A DNA stretch of 64,000 bases from IMG/VR virus record IMGVR_UViG_3300035182_002586, positions 434,001 to 498,000 of that record; one strand, 5' to 3'. This document shows, piece by piece, positions 9,414 through 17,301 of this stretch. The notes below the pieces were generated by a model, which saw only the letters and a list, made by a program, of their open reading frames with translations, did not search any database and was not told the DNA's origin. Both the position numbers and the translations under genes were made by a program. Position 1 is the stretch's first letter; each line of letters begins with the position of its first letter.

Positions 9414-9956
9414 ATGCCCGCTCAAAGCATTCGCTACGAGATCCACGACTGCACGGTCCGCTTCCACGCCCTGGAGTACCAGGCGCAACGTCAAGCTGCG
9501 GCGCAACAGCGGTTCCACGGCGGCACGTGGCGGCCCGCGCAGGTCGAGGGCTACCAAGGGTGGCTCGCGGTGGACGACCAGGGACACGCCTCCGACTGGT
9601 CGGGCAACGTTCCTTCCCACATCGTGGCGCAGCTCAAGATTCCTGCCCGCAAAGTAGACGGAGAAGACATGCTTCTGAGCCTCGGTTACGGCATGATCGC
9701 GGCCGGTACGACGGCCTACGCGATGAAGAACACGCTCGGCCCCATGGTCATCGGCCTCTGTCGAAGAGGCAACCTCACGCTTAGCAACGTCCTGGTGACG
9801 TCGGTGGCTGCCGTCCCCCTCAGCGCGCTCTGCGTACTTGCGGGCGCGCTCTGGCCCGTGTACCTGCCGTACATCGGCTACAACGCGTGGAAGTACCCCA
9901 ACTGGAAACCCTACGTCCCCGGCAATCCTCTACCCGACACTCAGGAGGGCTCGTGA
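9414..9956 (+). CDS. hypothetical protein with hydrophobic C-half (possible two-gene fusion)
   Basis: internal SD+ATG at 9669. Confidence 0.65.
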   Translation: MPAQSIRYEIHDCTVRFHALEYQAQRQAAAQQRFHGGTWRPAQVEGYQGWLAVDDQGHASDWSGNVPSHIVAQLKIPARKVDGEDMLLSLGYGMIAAGTTAYAMKNTLGPMVIGLCRRGNLTLSNVLVTSVAAVPLSALCVLAGALWPVYLPYIGYNAWKYPNWKPYVPGNPLPDTQEGS

Positions 9957-10156
9957 AACGCTGGCTGAACCAACTCCCCTGGCCTTTCAAGATCGCCCTC
10001 TACCTCGGCACGCTCGTCGTGCTGGCGGGGAGGATGGCTGCGACTCCGCTCCCGATCTTCATCGTGGTCATGCTCGGGTTCTGCCTTCTCTTCCACGCGA
10101 TCTTCGACCCGCACCCGAGCCTCGTCCAGGAGGATCAGCGCGAAAAAACCCCCTAA
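9953..10156 (+). CDS. small membrane protein
   Basis: GTGA overlap; two hydrophobic segments. Confidence 0.6.
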   Translation: MKRWLNQLPWPFKIALYLGTLVVLAGRMAATPLPIFIVVMLGFCLLFHAIFDPHPSLVQEDQREKTP

Positions 10157-10160
10157 TCAC

Positions 10161-10187
10161 TTGCCACCGCTCTGCTCGTGCTATGCT
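10161..10187 (+). promoter_or_regulatory. housekeeping-sigma-like promoter TTGCCA-N15-(TGc)TATGCT
   Basis: extended -10; 6 nt to GTG 10194. Confidence 0.5.
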
Positions 10188-10193
10188 AGGCAA

Positions 10194-10919
10194 GTGAACA
10201 AGAAGTTGGTCGAAGAGGCTGTGCAGGCGAGCACATCCTACCGTCAGGTCGCCAAGCGTCTGGGGCTGTACCCTAAAGCTGCCAAAGCAGCCGTCTTGGA
10301 GAGTGGTGCGTCCACCGCTCACTTCGACTTCGGGCGACGATCATATAGCTACGTAGGCAAAACGTACAACCGTCTCACCATACAAGAAGTCATCAAGGAC
10401 CCAAACGGTCGGTGGTTGTGCCGGTGTGACTGTTCGTGCGGAACGAAGGACGTACTGAAACGCCTCGACGGAGTTCTAAACGGGCACGTCCTCTCGTGTG
10501 GGTGCGCCTACCGTCACCGTCCCTCTATGTTTGGAGACGGGAACCCTGCTTACACAGGGTGTGGGGAACTGTCTGGATCTCGTGTGTACTGGATCAAAAC
10601 GGAAGCAGCTCGTCGAGGGGTCCCATTTTCTGTGTCAAAGGAGTACCTCTGGCGGCTGTTCGACAAGCAAAATGGTCTCTGTGCCTTGTCGGGGGTGAAG
10701 CTAATGTTCGGTAGAGGGAACTCCAGACAGGGGGACGCATCCCTTGACCGTATCGACTCCTCTCGTGGTTATGTCGAGGGGAACGTCCAATGGGTCCACA
10801 AGGACGTGAATAGAATCAAGTGGGAGTTCGATCAGGAGTACTTTCTGTCGATGTGTGACAGGATCAGCGCCCATACTCGTACACGTAAACAAGTCGCCCC
10901 TGAAACGCTTGCTGAATGA
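10194..10919 (+). CDS. HNH-family homing endonuclease
   Basis: WLCRCDCSCG, CALSG, SLDRIDSSRGYVEGNVQWVHKDVN; lower GC than flanks. Confidence 0.8.
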   Translation: MNKKLVEEAVQASTSYRQVAKRLGLYPKAAKAAVLESGASTAHFDFGRRSYSYVGKTYNRLTIQEVIKDPNGRWLCRCDCSCGTKDVLKRLDGVLNGHVLSCGCAYRHRPSMFGDGNPAYTGCGELSGSRVYWIKTEAARRGVPFSVSKEYLWRLFDKQNGLCALSGVKLMFGRGNSRQGDASLDRIDSSRGYVEGNVQWVHKDVNRIKWEFDQEYFLSMCDRISAHTRTRKQVAPETLAE

Positions 10920-11406
10920 GCGGTTCGATAACTCGCCAATCACCCTGTGCAAGTCCCGTCCCAATTTTGGGCATGTGAATGCTGGCCTGCGTCCCCCCGA
11001 GCGTGTCGGGGAGCACCGACGTGATGAACTCCACGCGCCGGAGACAGTCCGCGAGGGCTTCGTAGCGGATCGGCGGGCCCTTGCCCCCACCTCGAAGCCC
11101 CTGCTGCGCGATCATGTTCGCGACGTACGTGTCGGGCGTCACCTGTACGAGCTGCACCTGACCGAGGGCGAAGTCACCGGTCGTGGTGATGATCTTCCCC
11201 TTCGTGGGGTTCTGCAACCGCATGCCCTTCAAGATCCGGTGCTCGGACCACTCGCGGTAACACGCCTCGGGCTGGGGCCAGCGCTTCGAGAGGGCCAAGA
11301 CGAAGCCTGCGCCCCATTTCCCATCCGTGTTGCAGATGTGCGGGATGACGTGCACCCCCTTCGTCTGTGGGTCGGTGGCGTCTCCGCGCAGGTACGTGAT
11401 CGGCAT
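10864..11406 (-). CDS. macrodomain ADP-ribose hydrolase (Poa1p/TARG1-like)
   Basis: GDAT, HICN..G.WGAGF, MPKIGTGLAQGDW motifs. Confidence 0.85.
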   Translation of the reverse strand: MPITYLRGDATDPQTKGVHVIPHICNTDGKWGAGFVLALSKRWPQPEACYREWSEHRILKGMRLQNPTKGKIITTTGDFALGQVQLVQVTPDTYVANMIAQQGLRGGGKGPPIRYEALADCLRRVEFITSVLPDTLGGTQASIHMPKIGTGLAQGDWRVIEPLIQQAFQGRLVYVYEYGR

Positions 11407-11417
11407 GGGGGGCGAGC

Positions 11418-11424
11418 GTACACC
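11418..11424 (-). promoter_or_regulatory. class B element GGTGTAC
   Basis: 11 nt to ATG 11406. Confidence 0.6.
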
Positions 11425-11427
11425 TGA

Positions 11428-11697
11428 TCAGGGGTCGGTCCACAGCGAGTGCGACATCGCATCGACCCCGCACTTCGAGCACGTGGCCGAGGAGCCGCTG
11501 CACCCCCGCCCGCTCCCCTTGCACAGGCGACACGTCTCGTCGGTGGCGTTGCCCTCGGCATCGAGCTTCTTCCCCTCGCCGTAACAGGAAGCGCAGGAGT
11601 CGGTCCAGGTCTTCTCCGGGCCGTCCCACTGGTGTGCCCCGCCTTTCGGGCACACGTCCGTCACACCACAGGAGAAGAACGCGGCGACCTCGCTCAT
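11428..11697 (-). CDS. DnaJ-type zinc-finger small protein
   Basis: CASCYGEG and CRLCKGSG CxxCxGxG repeats. Confidence 0.65.
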   Translation of the reverse strand: MSEVAAFFSCGVTDVCPKGGAHQWDGPEKTWTDSCASCYGEGKKLDAEGNATDETCRLCKGSGRGCSGSSATCSKCGVDAMSHSLWTDP

Positions 11698-11707
11698 GAC
11701 GTAGCTC

Positions 11708-11714
11708 TTACACC
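11708..11714 (-). promoter_or_regulatory. class B element GGTGTAA
   Basis: 10 nt to ATG 11697. Confidence 0.6.
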
Positions 11715-11775
11715 GGGAGGACCCCCAGGCGCGAATAGCTCCACAACACGGATCCCCTTGTCATGTCGCGCAGTT

Positions 11776-12198
11776 ATGATCTTCGAGACGATTCAACGTC
11801 CGGCGACCCCCGTTCCCCCGGGGCCGATCGGACACTGGCCGAAGCCCACCTTCGGACAGAAGGCGGCCGAAGCCGTCGCCCGTCTCGTCGGATCGTGGAC
11901 CTTCATCATCGGGCAGAGCGTCGTTCTTGTGGTGTGGGTAACACTGAACGTCCTCGCGTTCTTGCGTCACTGGGACCCGTACCCCTTCCTGCTACTCAAC
12001 GTGATCCTGTCTCTTCAAGCTGCCTACACGGCGCCGATGATCTTGATGGCACAGAACCGTCAAGCGGAGTACGATCGCGCTGTTCTGCACTACAACTACC
12101 AGATGATGGCGGAGGTACTTCGCCAGGTGGCCCCCAACACACTCCAGAGGGTCACGGAACAACCACACGTGACCGATGGTCAACGACAACGGCGCTAA
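11776..12198 (+). CDS. DUF1003 membrane protein
   Basis: GSW.FI, WDPYPFLLLN..LS.QAAY.AP.I.MAQNRQ signature. Confidence 0.85.
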   Translation: MIFETIQRPATPVPPGPIGHWPKPTFGQKAAEAVARLVGSWTFIIGQSVVLVVWVTLNVLAFLRHWDPYPFLLLNVILSLQAAYTAPMILMAQNRQAEYDRAVLHYNYQMMAEVLRQVAPNTLQRVTEQPHVTDGQRQRR

Positions 12199-12923
12199 GT
12201 GCAACCAGCCTTTCCGAAAGCGCAAGAAGACCTCAAAGTACTGCTCCCCCGAGTGCTACTTTGCTGCGACCAGAGGAAAGACCAGACCCCCTCGACCTCC
12301 TGAGGTTAGAGCGAAGATCTCTGCCTCTCATATGGGGCGTCCCGTGTCAGAGGAGACCCGACGTAAGCTCTCGGAGTGGCGTCAAGGGCGTAAGGCAGGG
12401 CCTATGCCTCTGGAGGTGCGAGCTAAGATCTCTGCTGCTCATAAGGGACGCAAGAAAAGCCCTGAGCACATTGCGGCGATGGCACGGGCGCATTGTAAAG
12501 GAAGGCCCCCTATGCCCGCTGCGGGACGATGGGCCGACCCCCGCTACTACACTTGGCAGGCAGCCGTGTTTGAGAGAGACAAGCACACTTGCCAGTCTTG
12601 CGGGTACCCCCGTGGAGGCTCTCGACAGGGCCATCGCTCGGGGTGGGTGGCCGAGCATGATCTCCAGCCGGCGGTTCCGGATGTACCAGGGGCGGCCGGG
12701 AGAGGTCATTGAGAAGATGGACGAGGAGACGCGGGCCCTTCTCCGCGAACTACGGAGCGACGACCTCGCCCCTGAGAAGACCAGCCGATACGCAGCCTGG
12801 CTCGGCCAGAGCCACGAGGACGACCAGGCCAGGCAGTTCTCCGAGATGCTCCTCAAGCACGACCGGGAAGTTCTTCGCCTCCCCCCTCCGCGCGTACGCA
12901 AGGCGCAGGTCCCGTGGGAGTGA
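12176..12923 (+). pseudogene. NUMOD3-repeat DNA-binding protein (homing-endonuclease-like N-part), frameshifted or fused near 12607
   Basis: KYCSPEC, RAKISASHMG/SEETRRKLS/RAKISAAHKG repeats, VFERDKHTCQSCG; then continues in another frame (from GTG 12612). Confidence 0.6.
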
Positions 12924-12930
12924 CCCTCTC

Positions 12931-12937
12931 GGTGTAG
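12931..12937 (+). promoter_or_regulatory. class B element GGTGTAG
   Basis: 8 nt to GTG 12946. Confidence 0.6.
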
Positions 12938-12945
12938 AGGCGGTC

Positions 12946-13194
12946 GTGAACATGACGATCAGAACCGCATTCGAGGAGATGCAGTCCCTCATCCGAGACC
13001 AGGGCGCCATCGGCACCGGAGCGGCGTTCGTCGCCAACACCTGCTTCCGACTCTCGGCCCTGTGCTTCCACACGGCTCTCGCGGACGGGTTCCGTGGCAC
13101 CCGGACCGGGCGCGGGCTGCGTCAGGTCGGGCGGAAGCTCGAAGGCGCGGCCGACTACCTTTGCGACCGGTACGACCCCGACAAGGGCAAGTAG
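12946..13194 (+). CDS. hypothetical protein
   Basis: ORF behind class B element. Confidence 0.65.
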   Translation: MNMTIRTAFEEMQSLIRDQGAIGTGAAFVANTCFRLSALCFHTALADGFRGTRTGRGLRQVGRKLEGAADYLCDRYDPDKGK

Positions 13195-13197
13195 GGC

Positions 13198-13374
13198 CTA
13201 CGCTTGGTCCCGCGAAGCCTTGAAGGCTTCGAATCGAGCACGTGCGGCCTTCCGAGCACGTCGCAAGCGCATGTGCTCACGCCATGCGTTCAGGGGGTTC
13301 TTGACCTGCCACCAGCGGAACGCGACTTCGGACCGTACGAGGTTCCACCACGAGGTGAGGGCTCTGTGTTCCAT
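13198..13374 (-). CDS. small basic hypothetical protein (58 aa)
   Basis: minus-strand class A motif 7 nt upstream. Confidence 0.6.
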   Translation of the reverse strand: MEHRALTSWWNLVRSEVAFRWWQVKNPLNAWREHMRLRRARKAARARFEAFKASRDQA

Positions 13375-13381
13375 GTCTTCA

Positions 13382-13409
13382 CTACACCGCGATGAGAATT
13401 CGATCCATT
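13382..13409 (-). promoter_or_regulatory. class A promoter AATGGATC-N16-GTAG
   Basis: 7 nt to ATG 13374; back-to-back with 13423 copy. Confidence 0.75.
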
Positions 13410-13422
13410 CGCACCTCGGTCG

Positions 13423-13451
13423 GATGGATCGATCCGGGGGTCGCGCGGTAG
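13423..13451 (+). promoter_or_regulatory. class A promoter (N17)
   Basis: 7 nt to ATG 13459. Confidence 0.8.
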
Positions 13452-13458
13452 TAGGGAC

Positions 13459-13896
13459 ATGAACACCAACTACGCCGCCCCCGTCGACACTTTCCGCCAG
13501 GACGCCGGGGTTCCGGTCGCGGAGTGGGAGAAGCTCCTCATGGTGTGGACGCTCCGTAGCCTCAACCCGGCGGCGGACAAGTTCACCACCCTCTCGTTCG
13601 CCATCCAGCAGGACGGGGAGACCTTCCGCGTGGTGGAGCGTGTCGACGGCATGTGCACGTCGACCGCCAACGGCGACTTCACGCTCTCGCAGACCTTCGA
13701 GGGGGCGGACGCCAAGAGCAAGGCGCTGTCCTACTTCATGGAGCAGATCCGCTGCGCGACCCCTCCGTGCCGCCAGGGCGCGCTGCCCGGGCTCGTCGAA
13801 GCTGCGGCGAACTTCGTGGAGACGTACGCCTACTTCGGCGGTTACGGCGGGTCGCCCTGCAACCAGAGCCACGTCCGGGTGGGCGGCTGGAACTGA
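13459..13896 (+). CDS. hypothetical protein
   Basis: ORF behind class A motif. Confidence 0.75.
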   Translation: MNTNYAAPVDTFRQDAGVPVAEWEKLLMVWTLRSLNPAADKFTTLSFAIQQDGETFRVVERVDGMCTSTANGDFTLSQTFEGADAKSKALSYFMEQIRCATPPCRQGALPGLVEAAANFVETYAYFGGYGGSPCNQSHVRVGGWN

Positions 13897-13898
13897 CC

Positions 13899-13905
13899 GG
13901 TGTAG
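13899..13905 (+). promoter_or_regulatory. class B element GGTGTAG
   Basis: 8 nt to ATG 13914. Confidence 0.6.
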
Positions 13906-13913
13906 TAGAGGGC

Positions 13914-14279
13914 ATGACCCACTGGCGCACGACCCTGATCCTCGCTGCCTGCAACGTCCTGGCCTTCTCGGCCGGATGGGGAGTTCGCGCCGCACAAGGG
14001 TGGGCAGAGAAACCCACTCTGGAAATCCGCAGCGCACACGCAGCCGCGGTCGACGAGAACGCGTGGCTCAAGGCCAGCCCCCTCCAGGGAGGTCTAGCTC
14101 CGAACTTCACGGCGGTCCCCATGAAGCTCTGCCCGCAAGACGGGGGAACGTTCTGCCCGTACGAGTCGTGCGCGGCGAGCTACCCGCAGAAGACTGACTA
14201 CGGCAAGCTATGGAATTCCTACGTGGTCCCGGGCAAAGACGGTCCCGTCGTCATCTGTGAGTGGCGCACGAAGTTCTGA
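13914..14279 (+). CDS. exported/membrane-anchored hypothetical protein
   Basis: N-terminal hydrophobic signal; 4 Cys in C-half. Confidence 0.7.
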   Translation: MTHWRTTLILAACNVLAFSAGWGVRAAQGWAEKPTLEIRSAHAAAVDENAWLKASPLQGGLAPNFTAVPMKLCPQDGGTFCPYESCAASYPQKTDYGKLWNSYVVPGKDGPVVICEWRTKF

Positions 14280-14303
14280 TCTCCTTGTGATCGGGCGATA
14301 GGC

Positions 14304-14495
14304 ATGGACTCGGAGGCCATCAAGGGGGTCTACAGGCTGTGCCTGCTGATCTGGTGTCTCGGGGTCACGGTGCTTCCGGTCCTCATCGGGCGAGGCATCA
14401 TCGAGCCCGCCCCTGCAATGCTCGCGGTGCACCTGTATCTCCTGGTCCACTTCGGGAGCCTCGGCTACCTCCACCTTCGGGGCATCGTGAAATGA
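14304..14495 (+). CDS. small membrane protein
   Basis: two hydrophobic helices. Confidence 0.6.
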   Translation: MDSEAIKGVYRLCLLIWCLGVTVLPVLIGRGIIEPAPAMLAVHLYLLVHFGSLGYLHLRGIVK

Positions 14496-14779
14496 CCTCC
14501 CAACGTGTTCTCGCCCGCTACCTCGCCGCCTCCAAGATCCAACCCCTGGTCATGGACAAGGAGCGCTTCACGCGTTGGATCGAGGGCGTGACCCACCGGA
14601 AGATCAAGAACCTCACGGTGCGGATGGACGGCCCGAACACGGCCGTGCTCATCGTGGGGTTCGACGACACCAAGGGCCCAGTACACGTGCGCTACGAGAT
14701 CGAGTTCGTCTTCTCGACCGTCTCCATCGATAGCGTGGCGATGACCCCGACCATCCGAAGCGTCAAACAGATCGACTAG
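14492..14779 (+). CDS. hypothetical protein (N-term QRVLARYLAAS)
   Basis: ATGA overlap; codon bias. Confidence 0.7.
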   Translation: MTSQRVLARYLAASKIQPLVMDKERFTRWIEGVTHRKIKNLTVRMDGPNTAVLIVGFDDTKGPVHVRYEIEFVFSTVSIDSVAMTPTIRSVKQID

Positions 14780-14780
14780 C

Positions 14781-14787
14781 GGTGTAC
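14781..14787 (+). promoter_or_regulatory. class B element GGTGTAC
   Basis: 8 nt to ATG 14796. Confidence 0.6.
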
Positions 14788-14795
14788 ATGAGGAC

Positions 14796-15179
14796 ATGAA
14801 GGTCCCGGCCCGCGTCGTTCTGTCGAAGCCCCTCAGTCGCCACGCCTCCAAGGTGCCCGGCTGCTTCGAGATGAACGCCTACGTCATCGGCCAGGCCCCA
14901 CAGCTCGAAGCCGCCACCGAAGCGTTCGAGCTGTGCGTCAAGGCGTTCCACGAGCAGCTCGAAGCTCTCGGTGTCGAGGTCATCACGTCCAAGGCCGAGC
15001 TGCGTGCCCTACTCGGGGAGGAGGCCATCGCGATCCTCCCCCGGAAGGAACACTACGCCCCCCACGGCAAGCACATTTGCCCCACGACCTTCGTGTCGGA
15101 GAAGCACCTGACGACGGACCCCGAAAAGGTGACCTGCCGCAACTGCCTCAAGCTGATGAAGGCGGGCAAGGTGCCGTGA
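14796..15179 (+). CDS. hypothetical protein with C-terminal H-C-VTCxxC zinc module
   Basis: HYAPHGKHIC...VTCRNC. Confidence 0.7.
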   Translation: MKVPARVVLSKPLSRHASKVPGCFEMNAYVIGQAPQLEAATEAFELCVKAFHEQLEALGVEVITSKAELRALLGEEAIAILPRKEHYAPHGKHICPTTFVSEKHLTTDPEKVTCRNCLKLMKAGKVP

Positions 15180-15181
15180 TG

Positions 15182-15210
15182 GATGGATCGGACCCACTGA
15201 CACGATGTAG
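15182..15210 (+). promoter_or_regulatory. class A promoter (N17)
   Basis: 7 nt to ATG 15218. Confidence 0.8.
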
Positions 15211-15217
15211 AGGGGGC

Positions 15218-15526
15218 ATGCACCCGATCGACGCCATGCTCATCCGGTCAGGCTTCGCGCCCGTTGGGGACGGCGACCGGTTCATCCGCGTGACCGATGA
15301 CGGTGTTCGCATCATCGTGGCGAGCGGAGTCGTGGCCGGCGAGCCCGTCCGAGACACCGCCGTCGTCCGCGTGGAGCGCGTGCGCCCGGGTTGGACGGAG
15401 ACGTGCTTCCGCCGTACCGTCTCGGTCGGTTCGGCCAGCGACAACCAGATCACGTCACTCCTGAACCTGATGCGCTACGCCTGGCAGTTTGCCCGCGCGG
15501 TGGCGAAGAAGGACCACCATGTCTGA
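15218..15526 (+). CDS. hypothetical protein
   Basis: ORF behind class A motif. Confidence 0.7.
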   Translation: MHPIDAMLIRSGFAPVGDGDRFIRVTDDGVRIIVASGVVAGEPVRDTAVVRVERVRPGWTETCFRRTVSVGSASDNQITSLLNLMRYAWQFARAVAKKDHHV

Positions 15527-15791
15527 CCTTCGGTTCATGACCGACAAGAACGTCGGGTGGGAACGTGTGTGGAACCTCATCGCGCACACGTTTGGGTCCT
15601 TCGACTGTCTAGAGAACAACGAGGTCTGGCAGTACATGGGCACGACAGAGCGGGAGCACCAGTTCCGTCACCGCTCGTTCCGTGGCCAGCGCAAGTACCA
15701 CAACATCGCGATCGACCCCCACGACTTCGACACGCCCCCCGAAGAGCCCGCCCCGACCCTGTGGGAACGCCTGGAGGAGCCCCTTTTCTGA
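15519..15791 (+). CDS. hypothetical protein with LWERL tail
   Basis: ends PPEEPAPTLWERLEEPLF. Confidence 0.75.
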   Translation: MSDLRFMTDKNVGWERVWNLIAHTFGSFDCLENNEVWQYMGTTEREHQFRHRSFRGQRKYHNIAIDPHDFDTPPEEPAPTLWERLEEPLF

Positions 15792-16123
15792 TGGCTTCCC
15801 CCGACGAACGTGTGCTCTGGCTACTTCGCTGGATGACCAATCCGGTGAAGTGTTCTTCCGGGTTCCTGGTCGCGTGGAACGAGAACATCGTGGACGCATT
15901 CGTCCAAGCTTTCCCCGAGGCGCAGAAAGCACTCCGCTACTACATGATTGGCCCCAACTCCTGCCCCATGTTGAACGCTGCGGCGAAGCGGGCCAAGGAC
16001 GCAGGGTACATCACCCCCGGGGTCATCGGGAATGAGGGGGCGCGAGACTACAACCAACGCACGTGGTGCCGCACCTGGAACGTCACTCCGGCGGGGCGCG
16101 CAGCCGCAGAGAAGACCCCATGA
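15791..16123 (+). CDS. hypothetical protein (possible winged helix)
   Basis: TGATG coupling; C-terminal WNVTPAGRAA wing-like motif. Confidence 0.65.
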   Translation: MASPDERVLWLLRWMTNPVKCSSGFLVAWNENIVDAFVQAFPEAQKALRYYMIGPNSCPMLNAAAKRAKDAGYITPGVIGNEGARDYNQRTWCRTWNVTPAGRAAAEKTP

Positions 16124-16479
16124 TCGCCGTTGACCAGACCACGTTCGGCCATCCCGGCGGCAATTGCTTCTCCGCTTGTGTGGCGTCCCTGCTCCACCTG
16201 TCCGTCGAAGACGTGCCCTACTTCATGGGGCACGACGACTGGTACGAAGAATTCAGCAAGTGGCTCAAGCCACATGGGTTCGTCCCCCTGACATTCCGCC
16301 TCGACGGATGGACGCCCCCGGAAGGCGTCCTGTGCATCCTTGGGGGCAAGTCCCCTCGCGGGAGCCACGCCTGTGTGGGTCGAGGGAAGAAGATCGTCCA
16401 CGACCCACACCCAAGCCGTGACGGCCTAACCGCGATCGAGGACATCACCTTCTTGATCCCCTACGAGCCCGTCCGCTAG
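16120..16479 (+). CDS. putative papain-fold (C39-like) peptidase domain protein
   Basis: QTT..GNCFSACVASLL, SHACV, HDPHP catalytic-like Cys/His/Asp. Confidence 0.45.
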   Translation: MIAVDQTTFGHPGGNCFSACVASLLHLSVEDVPYFMGHDDWYEEFSKWLKPHGFVPLTFRLDGWTPPEGVLCILGGKSPRGSHACVGRGKKIVHDPHPSRDGLTAIEDITFLIPYEPVR

Positions 16480-17054
16480 CTCTCACGGGGCTTCCGTGCA
16501 CCACCCGTGCGCCCGATGAGCCTTGCCTCCTCAGGCGTCCATACATGGGCCGTCCCCCGTGCGTGGCAGATCTTGCCCGCTGCCGCCCCCGTCTCGGAGG
16601 TGAACTTTGAGGCCGTCCCCTTCGCTTGCGCAGCTCGTCCGCCCTGACCCGCCCGCTCGCGTCGTTGCTCGGGCGTCAGGATCGAGAACCCGCTCGGCTT
16701 TGAGAGACCCACCCGGAACACTGCGAGAGGGGTGGCCCCTCGAAGAGCCGCGCACGGAGCGCAGTACCCCTCTTGCGAGATTGGGGCAGTGAAGGTGCGG
16801 CACGCCGCGCAGAGACGGTGGCCCGCAACGTCCACGAGGTAGCACTCGAAGCACCAGCCTGGGGTTACGACCTTGTGGCCACACAACTTGAAGCACTTGC
16901 CGCACGGGGCCGGGACCCGTGGCACCGCCTTGTGCCCGTGTGCCGTGTGACACCCGCGGCAGCACGCCCACGGCTTGCCGAAACGGCTCGGTGTGTACGC
17001 CTCTCTCGGGAGGTCGCGACGGCACCGGGGGCAATGTTGCGTATCAGCAGGCAC
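16476..17054 (-). CDS. multi-CxxC zinc-finger protein fused to KGG-type stress repeat
   Basis: six or more CxxC pairs then GFSILTPEQRRERAGQGGRAAQAKGTASKFTSE..AAAG..HARGTAHVWTPEEAR..GRTGG. Confidence 0.65.
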   Translation of the reverse strand: MPADTQHCPRCRRDLPREAYTPSRFGKPWACCRGCHTAHGHKAVPRVPAPCGKCFKLCGHKVVTPGWCFECYLVDVAGHRLCAACRTFTAPISQEGYCAPCAALRGATPLAVFRVGLSKPSGFSILTPEQRRERAGQGGRAAQAKGTASKFTSETGAAAGKICHARGTAHVWTPEEARLIGRTGGARKPRES

Positions 17055-17259
17055 GGGGCGCCGGTACACCGAGTGGGGGACGCCGAGAGGCGCGGCTCAC
17101 CTCCCAGTAATAGCGGCAGCCCTTCTCCGCGTTCAAGCGGTTGAGACGCTCGGTTTGTTGGTCGGCCTCATCGACCGACCCGACGACCAACTTCACAACC
17201 ACTCGGTCCCCGTCGGCCCGAAGAACCACGAAGCAGGGCTCAATTGTAGCGGGGTTCAT
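17044..17259 (-). CDS. hypothetical protein
   Basis: 71 aa; class B element upstream. Confidence 0.55.
   Translation of the reverse strand: MNPATIEPCFVVLRADGDRVVVKLVVGSVDEADQQTERLNRLNAEKGCRYYWEVSRASRRPPLGVPAPRAC
17064..17070 (-). promoter_or_regulatory. class B element GGTGTAC
   Basis: 9 nt to GTG 17054. Confidence 0.55.
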
Positions 17260-17272
17260 CTCAGCGCTGCCG

Positions 17273-17292
17273 GTACACCGCGTCTGGTGTAC
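17273..17292. promoter_or_regulatory. divergent class B pair TACACC-N6-GGTGTA
   Basis: 13 nt to ATG 17259 (-), 9 nt to ATG 17302 (+). Confidence 0.7.
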
Positions 17293-17301
17293 CCCAGAGG
17301 T

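Noticed and set aside
11763-12611. N-terminal part of the 386 aa ORF 11763..12923
   Set aside because: Alternative frame over DUF1003 and NUMOD3 genes; only the part from 12612 looks coding
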